Source: Myxococcota bacterium
GTDB taxonomy: Bacteria > Myxococcota > UBA4151
Direction: 5' to 3'
DNA: 40,513 nt
NCBI GenBank assembly: GCA_040260805.1
Contig: JBDQPD010000021.1
Location: 1-40,513, forward strand
A program made the translations under genes and the position numbers. The notes beneath the pieces are model-generated. The model did no database searches, had not been told where the DNA came from, and was given only the letters and a program-made list of their open reading frames with translations. Shown piece by piece: positions 18,005 to 25,100 of this stretch. Within the stretch, counting starts at the first letter, position 1, and every line of letters starts with the position of its first letter.

Positions 18005-19581
18005 TCCGACTGCTCGGCCTTACTCTTGCTCTGATGGCAGCACCTGCCTGGGCTTCCGGACGGTTTTTACCCGGTGATAGTGTGCGCGATCGCGGTCGAG
18101 CGGGCGCTTCGGTTTCATCGGAGCGAGGAGTGAACGCGCTCCAAGTTAATCCGGCTTTGCTCGGAATGGCTGATAACTTGGGTTTTGCGCTCGGGTGGAC
18201 TTCAGGATCCGAAGCTGGCGAGTTCACGCGTCAAGGCCCTTACGTTCAAAGCCTTGAAGAAGAAGACCAACGCGGGCTGAACAACGCCATGGCTAATTTC
18301 ACCGCCAGCACGGGGGTGTCGAAAAGCTCAACTCAAGAGCAGCTCTTGAGAGCAGGGCTCGTCTACGGGTTTGGCACGCGTGGTTTTCGAATTGGTATGG
18401 GCTACACGCAGCTGCCGGTTGAGAACCACCAGTTCCTTGCGAGCGACCCGGCGCGCTATCGGTTGATCCGCAGCGCCGACACACGCGAGCAGTTGAGCTT
18501 TGGTTTGGCGGGTGCATTTAGTCGTCGCTTTGCGATCGGTCTGGGTTTGCATTGGGAGCGCCTAAAGCGGGTCAGACGATTTATGCTGAGCACCTCACCA
18601 GCCAGCCAGGGCAATGAGACGGCGGGGAGGTACCTTGAGGAGCCTGCCTATGACCACGTGGTGGACCTAACCGGTACGGTACCGATTGGCTTTGGCGACA
18701 ATGCCTATGTGCCCACTGCTTCGTTTGGTCTTTGGTCGCGTCTGTTCGCAGGGCTCGAGGTGGGTGTTTCTGTGTCTTTGGGCGGAACGGGCAATGCGGC
18801 TGATGGATCCGTTGATGTCTTGGATCTCGAGCCACGCGACGCTGACGATACGACGTCGCCTGTTTTTGCTCGGCGCGGAATTAATGACACGTCAGATGGA
18901 ACGGCGGCGACCCTGAGCGATGGAAGCCCCATGCAGATCCGTGCAGGGATGCGGTATCAGTTTAACCGTTGGGATCTAGAGTTTGAGTGGCGCATGGAGA
19001 GCTGGAACGGCGATTCGCAACTGCGCGCCACGCCGACTGCCAATGGAGTAGGCTGGTACAACCAACTCGACGATGAGAACAACATCGACACCAGCGTTGA
19101 GCTCGGCGATCTGGGCGACGCTCGGAACTACGAGACGGCTCAGAGCTTCCATCTGGCGAGCGATATTTGGTTGGTCCCGGATGGGGTCGCCTTACGCATT
19201 GGCGGCTCGATGGAGAACGCGCCGACCCAGCAGCCTGATGCCGCTCTGTTTGCCGGCCCTCGCTACGGTATCGGTGCTGGATTGAGTTTTGCGGACCGAG
19301 GCTATGCGGTGGATGTTGGCTATCTGCATTTGTTCACTCAAGCGGTTGAGGTGAATACGGGCTCATTACCGCTGCGCAATATCGCACACCGCGCTGGCGA
19401 GGGAGAGAACGATTTGGTGACGGTCCAAAATAACGGAAGCTACACCAGCAGTGTAGGGTTCTTTGGACTCGGTGTGCGCGCAGACGTCGACACCTTCGCA
19501 AAAAACCGTAAGGCACAGCGCAAAGCTTGGTATCAAATTTGGTCGAAGGGCAGCAGCGGCTTTGGTCGCGGCGGCTTCTGA
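18001..19581 (+). CDS. FadL/TodX-family outer-membrane transporter (paralog 2)
   Basis: Signal peptide ending AWA; SG...RGRAGA...VNPALL; P.QIRAGMRY, VDVGYLHLF, FFGLGVR; TTGA overlap with paralog 1. Confidence 0.75.
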   Translation: MIRLLGLTLALMAAPAWASGRFLPGDSVRDRGRAGASVSSERGVNALQVNPALLGMADNLGFALGWTSGSEAGEFTRQGPYVQSLEEEDQRGLNNAMANFTASTGVSKSSTQEQLLRAGLVYGFGTRGFRIGMGYTQLPVENHQFLASDPARYRLIRSADTREQLSFGLAGAFSRRFAIGLGLHWERLKRVRRFMLSTSPASQGNETAGRYLEEPAYDHVVDLTGTVPIGFGDNAYVPTASFGLWSRLFAGLEVGVSVSLGGTGNAADGSVDVLDLEPRDADDTTSPVFARRGINDTSDGTAATLSDGSPMQIRAGMRYQFNRWDLEFEWRMESWNGDSQLRATPTANGVGWYNQLDDENNIDTSVELGDLGDARNYETAQSFHLASDIWLVPDGVALRIGGSMENAPTQQPDAALFAGPRYGIGAGLSFADRGYAVDVGYLHLFTQAVEVNTGSLPLRNIAHRAGEGENDLVTVQNNGSYTSSVGFFGLGVRADVDTFAKNRKAQRKAWYQIWSKGSSGFGRGGF

Positions 19582-19672
19582 TTCGCTCTTTGGGAATAGG
19601 CGGAAGTTTTACCGGTTTGCGGTAGAAGCGAAGTCGTGCGAAAGGCGCTCGCCAAAAAAAAGCGGTCTGGGC

Positions 19673-19701
19673 TTCCCAGCACAGTTACCGTCGTCTATAA
19701 C
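19673..19701 (+). promoter_or_regulatory. Possible sigma-70 promoter of dksA
   Basis: TTCCCA-17 bp-TATAAC upstream of an AGGAAAGGA RBS. Confidence 0.35.
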
Positions 19702-19728
19702 AGTAGTCCCTAGGAAAGGAAGTTGGGT

Positions 19729-20109
19729 ATGGCTAAGCGGCTGACCGAAAAGCAAACGGAAGAGTTGCACGAGATCCTGACCGAAGAACGCGATCGATTG
19801 TTGCTGTCCGGCCAGGCGGACCTTGAAGAAGCAAAGGCTGGCGGAGAGCGTGCTGTTGGCGATGACGTGGATCAAAGCAACGAAGATGGAGCGCTCGCTT
19901 TAGCGGCGCGCTTTAGAGCTCGAGATCGAAAGCTTCTGCGCAAAGTAGAGTACGCTTTAGAGCGTATGGAGCGAGGTGAATACGATCTGTGCGAGATCAC
20001 TGGCGACCCGATAGGCTATGAACGCTTGAAGTTTCGTCCGGTGACGACGCTGTCGATCGCAGCCAAAGAAGAGGCCGAGCGGCACGAATCAGAATACATC
20101 GAGCAGTAA
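19729..20109 (+). CDS. dksA: DksA/TraR-family RNA polymerase-binding factor, one-cysteine variant
   Basis: Coiled-coil tip GDDVDQS (DxxDxA-like), RDRKLLRKVEYALERM..GEY, C-terminal CEIT...I..ERL..RP.TTLSIAAKE. Confidence 0.88.
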   Translation: MAKRLTEKQTEELHEILTEERDRLLLSGQADLEEAKAGGERAVGDDVDQSNEDGALALAARFRARDRKLLRKVEYALERMERGEYDLCEITGDPIGYERLKFRPVTTLSIAAKEEAERHESEYIEQ

Positions 20110-20167
20110 AAAATCGCTTGCGCATGGCGAGCGCCTTCTTCATACAGGCGCCCGCTGCAAGCAATGA

Positions 20168-20242
20168 GCGGGATTAACTCAGTGGTAGAGTGTCTCGTTG
20201 CCAACGAGAATGTCGTGAGTTCGAATCTCATATCCCGCTCCA
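20168..20242 (+). tRNA. tRNA-Gly (GCC)
   Basis: Acceptor GCGGGAT/ATCCCGC, anticodon arm TCTCG-TTGCCAA-CGAGA, T-loop TTCGAAT, encoded CCA. Confidence 0.97.
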
Positions 20243-20243
20243 A

Positions 20244-20276
20244 CGAAAAAGGCGCCCCTTGTGGGCGCCTTTTTCG
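20244..20276 (+). terminator. Intrinsic terminator after tRNA-Gly (symmetric A/T tracts)
   Basis: CGAAAAAGGCGCCC-CTTGT-GGGCGCCTTTTTCG. Confidence 0.85.
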
Positions 20277-20305
20277 TAGGCCGTAATCAGTCGAAAGGCG
20301 CATGA

Positions 20306-21280
20306 ATGATGGTGTATCCGACGACCGCTCCGTTATCCATCGCCCCGATGGTTGATCGGACGCACCGGCACTTTCGCGCCTTCTTTAGGTGTCTGACGAA
20401 GCGAACCTTATTGTACACCGAGATGCTGACGACTGGGGCGATCTTACGCGGTGACCCTGAGCGCATCCTCGAGTTCTCATCGTTTGAGGGGCCCGTCGCC
20501 CTTCAGGTCGGCGGGGACGACCCTGAACGTTTAGCGCGCTGCGCCGAGCTCGCTGAGCAGTACGGTTACAGCGAGGTTAATCTCAACGTGGGCTGTCCTT
20601 CCCCGAGGGTACAAAAGGGCCGGTTTGGCGCAATGTTGATGGCCGAACCCGAAGTGGTTGCGGCTGGAGTTGTGGCGATGCGCAGCGCCTGTTCGCTGCC
20701 GGTGACGGTGAAGCATCGTATCGGTATCGATGACTTGGATCGCTATGAAGATATGCTCAACTTTGTCGATGTCGTCGCTCAAGCCGGCGCTCATCGGTTT
20801 ACCGTTCATGCTCGTAAGGCGATTTTATCGGGCTTGAGTCCTAAAAAGAATCGAGAGATTCCGCCGCTGCGTTATGATGATGTCTACCGACTCAAATCAG
20901 AGCGCTCTCATTTGCCCATCGAAATCAACGGCGGCTTCAAGAGTCTCGAGCACGCCCAGGAGCAGCTTCGTTCGGTGGATGCGGTCATGATCGGTCGTGC
21001 TTCAACTGATGAGCCTTGGATTTTCTCGAAGGCAGATTCAATGTTCTTTGCGCTCGATGATCCGGTCTCGACACGTCGCCAAGCGGTGATGGCGCATTTG
21101 GATTACCTTAAAGAGTGGCAAGCTCGCGGTGTGAAGCTGCCCTTCTTGTTGGCTCCGATGGCTAATTTATTCGCCGGACAGCGCAATGCTCGGCTCTGGC
21201 GGCGCACGCTAAGTGAAGACGCTCGTCAGCCTGGCGCAACCGCCGAGCTTTTGCTTGAGACCCTGGATCGTATGCAGTGA
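20306..21280 (+). CDS. dusA: tRNA-dihydrouridine(20/20a) synthase
   Basis: SIAPMVDRTHRHFR, LLYTEM, NLNVGCPSPRVQKGRFGA, TVKHRIGIDD, VHARKAILSGLSPKKNREIPPL, VMIGR. Confidence 0.95.
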   Translation: MMVYPTTAPLSIAPMVDRTHRHFRAFFRCLTKRTLLYTEMLTTGAILRGDPERILEFSSFEGPVALQVGGDDPERLARCAELAEQYGYSEVNLNVGCPSPRVQKGRFGAMLMAEPEVVAAGVVAMRSACSLPVTVKHRIGIDDLDRYEDMLNFVDVVAQAGAHRFTVHARKAILSGLSPKKNREIPPLRYDDVYRLKSERSHLPIEINGGFKSLEHAQEQLRSVDAVMIGRASTDEPWIFSKADSMFFALDDPVSTRRQAVMAHLDYLKEWQARGVKLPFLLAPMANLFAGQRNARLWRRTLSEDARQPGATAELLLETLDRMQ

Positions 21281-21338
21281 TTCAGTCGACCTGTACGATC
21301 AGCGCTGTCGGCGCTATGGGCTAGGAGCGGAGACTGGT

Positions 21339-21935
21339 ATGCAAAGCGCCCTGCGTCGCGAAGTGTTTAATCTGCCGAACTATCTGACCATGGGTCGCAT
21401 CGTCGCGATTCCGGGTATTGTTTGGCTGTTGTATCAAGATTCACCCTTGACCAACTTGATCGCTGTGACCCTGTTTTTAGCGGCTGCGCTGACCGACTTG
21501 CTTGATGGTTATCTCGCCCGCCGCATGGGTTTGGACTCGGCCCTTGGTAAGTTGCTCGATCCCCTCGCTGACAAAATCCTCGTCTCGACCGTGATGATCG
21601 CTTTGGTGCCCCTCGGTCGCCTAGAGGCTTGGATTCCCATGGTTGTGATCGGCAGGGAGTTCACGATCAGCGGGCTGCGCGGAATGGCCGCAGCTGAGGG
21701 AATGATCATCGCCGCAGGGCAGATGGGTAAGGAAAAGACCGCCTACCAAATGATTGGCTTAGCCTTTTTGATGGCGGGCGGAAGCGCTCCGTTCGGATTT
21801 TGGGAAGGCGCTCCGGTATACAGCCTCGATATCGTCGGTAAAACGTTGATTCTGATCTCGATTTTCTACGCCGTCACGTCGGCGGTCGATTACCTGTGGA
21901 AGTTTACCGCAGCAGCAATGCGGCGCGATCTTTAG
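21339..21935 (+). CDS. pgsA: CDP-diacylglycerol--glycerol-3-phosphate 3-phosphatidyltransferase
   Basis: NLPNYLTMGRI, TDLLDGYLARR...GKLLDPLADK, GREFTISGLR, GKEKT; ATG at 21339 after GGAG. Confidence 0.93.
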   Translation: MQSALRREVFNLPNYLTMGRIVAIPGIVWLLYQDSPLTNLIAVTLFLAAALTDLLDGYLARRMGLDSALGKLLDPLADKILVSTVMIALVPLGRLEAWIPMVVIGREFTISGLRGMAAAEGMIIAAGQMGKEKTAYQMIGLAFLMAGGSAPFGFWEGAPVYSLDIVGKTLILISIFYAVTSAVDYLWKFTAAAMRRDL

Positions 21936-21977
21936 ATAAACTGACGGACCCACTCAGGGGATTTGGTCTCGCCCAAT

Positions 21978-22013
21978 TGCCAAATTTTGTCAGTTAGGCG
22001 TCAAAACCTAGCA
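21978..22013. promoter_or_regulatory. Putative tandem enhancer sites (UAS) for a sigma-54 activator
   Basis: TGCCAAATTTTGTCA (21978) and CGTCAAAACCTAGCA (21999) are imperfect dyads 21 bp apart, 50-85 bp upstream of the -24 element. Confidence 0.45.
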
Positions 22014-22062
22014 AAGTTTTCGCTCAATCAGCCAAAATCCAGCACTGCAGCGCCTTGCGAGC

Positions 22063-22078
22063 CGGCATGACTCTTGCT
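22063..22078 (+). promoter_or_regulatory. Sigma-54 (-24/-12) promoter
   Basis: CGGCATGACTCTTGCT versus consensus YTGGCACG-N4-TTGCW with exact GG-N10-GC spacing; followed by an AT-rich tract, GGAG RBS and ATG at 22123. Confidence 0.75.
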
Positions 22079-22122
22079 TAGTTGTATATTGGAAATCTAA
22101 TTTTATTGGTTCTGGAGTAGAT

Positions 22123-25100
22123 ATGCGTGTCCTAAGAACTGTACGATTCTCGCTCATTGCGATCATGGCGGTCTCCCTCTGGCCTAGCCAGCAGGCGCAA
22201 GCGAGCCACTTTTACAACAACACCTACGACGCAGATCGCTACTTATGGGATCTGTACAGCTACTATTGGTACATCAGTAATGGATCCATTGATGCGTACG
22301 ATGGCTGGGCTCGCTCGACCATCAACGGCAGCAGCTACTACTCAAACAGCTACCCTTACTACTATCGAGAGTTTGGTAACCGGGGCGCTCGTACGTCGCA
22401 GAACCGACGCTATGGAAACTTTGCTGTGCAAGGGCGGACCTATGTTCCCGCTTCAGGCCATGTGGACTCACGCAACTACATGCGCATGATCTGGAACGTC
22501 CAGAACACTTCCGGCAGCGCCCAAAACCTGAACTTTCGTATTTACGGCAATCTAGGGTCGGATGGCTGCACCCGAATTACCAGAACCTCAGATGGCAACA
22601 CGAGCTGGTCGACCAGTGATCACTGGCTCGCAACCGATGATTGCTCAAATGGTGGAGGCGACCCTTCGCTAGCCTTTATTTATCGAAACGGCGCCGGTCA
22701 GGCGCCGAGCTCGGTTCGTCGCAGCGGCGACAACTTGTACATCGACTGGAACAACGTCCGGGTGCCGGGCAACTCGACGATCACCTTCATGATCTTTAAC
22801 ACCCAAAACCCAAACCAGAACGCCAGCCACGCCGAAGCGGCTCGGATCGTCACCTTACCTGATGAGGTGATGGCGAACCTGACCGCGGCTGAGAAGCGTC
22901 AGTTGCACAACTTTGGTACGGGCGCTGCGGTTCAAAACTTAGCCTTGGCGGTGTCGGACAACGCAGCGCCTGCGCTGCGTGCGACGTGGCGCTTGTCTCA
23001 GGCCGCCACGGCTCGAGCCGAGCTGTATGAGAACAGCAATATTCCAGCCGGCCAGACCAACTGCACTGGCGGATCGCGGATCGCCAGCAACACCTTCGGT
23101 TCGAACACGAACTTCTCCTACACTTGGACGAACCAGAACAACTGGAACTTGCTCAAGCGCGGCGTGAAATATTGCGTCAAAGTCACGGCGACGGATGCTG
23201 CAAACCAAACCGGCTCAGCCGTTGTGACGGTGGTATCTGCCATCGGTAGTGTGAGCAGCGATATTGATCAGTACGCACCCTCGATTCGAGCCACTGCGCG
23301 CTTCAACGCTAACCCGGGCGCCGGAACCTTTACCGAGCTTTATCGTACGGCGAACTGCACGGGCACCCGAGTGAACCGTCAAGCCGTTGCGTGGAACGCT
23401 CGCACGGTCACACGCAACTTCTCGGGCAATGACGTGGTGCGAAACGCATCGTACTGCATGAAGGTCATCAACGGCTACGCTTCGCGGAACTTCAGCTTGG
23501 GAACGGTCAGCGCTCAGCCTAGGGATTACCCGGCATCGCTCGATTATATCCTCGGTCGCCTGCGGGCTGTCGATGGTGACGGCGAAGACTTCGAAGATGA
23601 TCTAAGTGACGCCATCAATCACGTAACCGTTGCCAAAGCCTACTGGGATGCCCGGACCGACGAAGGCGCCAATGAAGACTTCAACGACGTCGCCATCAAC
23701 TGGGGCCCGAGTTTCCGTCGTGCCATCCGCTCGATTGAGGCGATGTCCTCGGCTCGTCGTAACGACGCCCCTCGGGTACTGAAGACCTACGAAACGGATT
23801 TAGCGGCTGCGGTTCTGCAGCAGGTCAAGGTCCACGCCAACACCACCATGGCGGCTCGCATCGATGACGAAACGCCTGAGTATTGGGCGGGCATTCGTAC
23901 CGCTGCCATCGCTGCGGTCGAGGCGGCTCGCGACGAGGCATCTGGACAGCCAAAAGCTTCGGCCGCTGCTGGAGCCTATGACAAGCTTGGAGCGATGTAC
24001 GACTCGCGGTATTCCGCTGAGAATCGTGTGAGCCAGACGCAGATCGCCATCGATGCAGTGATCGATGAAGATTTGGAAGACCGGCCTCGCGACGAGCTCG
24101 TCGCAGCGCTGAACAATGCCGTTCGTTACGGTCTGAAGTATGAGATCAAAGCGGCTCGCGAGACCAGCACCGCTGGGCGCACGCAACTCGACGCCGTGCT
24201 CACCTCGATCAATCAAGTGTCGACCTGCATGGCGGCTCTACAGAGCCAGGGTCTGAGCGATCATGACTTCACCGAGTGCTACATCGAAGTGGTCAAGATC
24301 GTGAAGAAACTGCGCGAAGTTCAAGGCGCATTGGTGGATACCTACACCTGGCGCGCCCTGCTTGGCATTGGCGTGTACGGTATGCTCGACATCTCGATCA
24401 ATCACTCGACCAACTCCTTGGTCACTCAAGAAGGTGTTGACGAGGATGAAGAAGCTCAGACCGGTATCAGCGAATACCGTTCGGGTTTGTCGGATCTGCG
24501 TGGCGGTAACGTCAAAATTGCCCTCCAGCGGTACATCAACAACGAATGCCGTATCATCAACTTGTACAACCGCTACTGGGCAGGACCCGGAAATCCGGTC
24601 ATCGACGGCACGGACGCTTGCGCCCGTGTGTGCGGCAACAGCCGAGTCGAAGAGGGTGAGCAATGCGATGATGGTAACTTTACCGACACCGACGGTTGCA
24701 CCACCGATTGCCAGAACAATGTCTGCGGTGACGGAACCTTGTATCGTGGGCGTGAGGCCTGCGACGACGGCAACCGAACCAACACCGACGCCTGCACCAA
24801 CGCCTGCGTGGTAGCTCGTTGTGGTGACAGCATTGTCCGGACTGGCTCTGAAGAGTGTGACGATGGGAACCAGGTCAACGATGACAACTGCAGCAACGAA
24901 TGCCGTTCGGCTCGTTGTGGCGATGGCATCGTTCAGGGAACCGAGCAGTGCGATGATGGTGATGACAACAACACCAACACCTGCTCGAACACCTGCCGTA
25001 CCAACGCAGTGACGATGGCGACGAGTGAAATGCACACCTGCTACGTCAAGTCAGAGGTCGTCTACTGCGCCGGTAACAACACCTACCGACAACTCGGTGA

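Noticed and set aside
19582..19672. Riboswitch upstream of dksA (GAAA-containing stem followed by an A run)
   Set aside because: The pairing is weak and does not match any riboswitch consensus I can recognise; an Rfam scan would settle it.
14688..20276. tRNA-Cys or tRNA-Gly as an integration site for a genomic island
   Set aside because: I saw no integrase and no duplicated tRNA 3' end, and the flanks are housekeeping genes.
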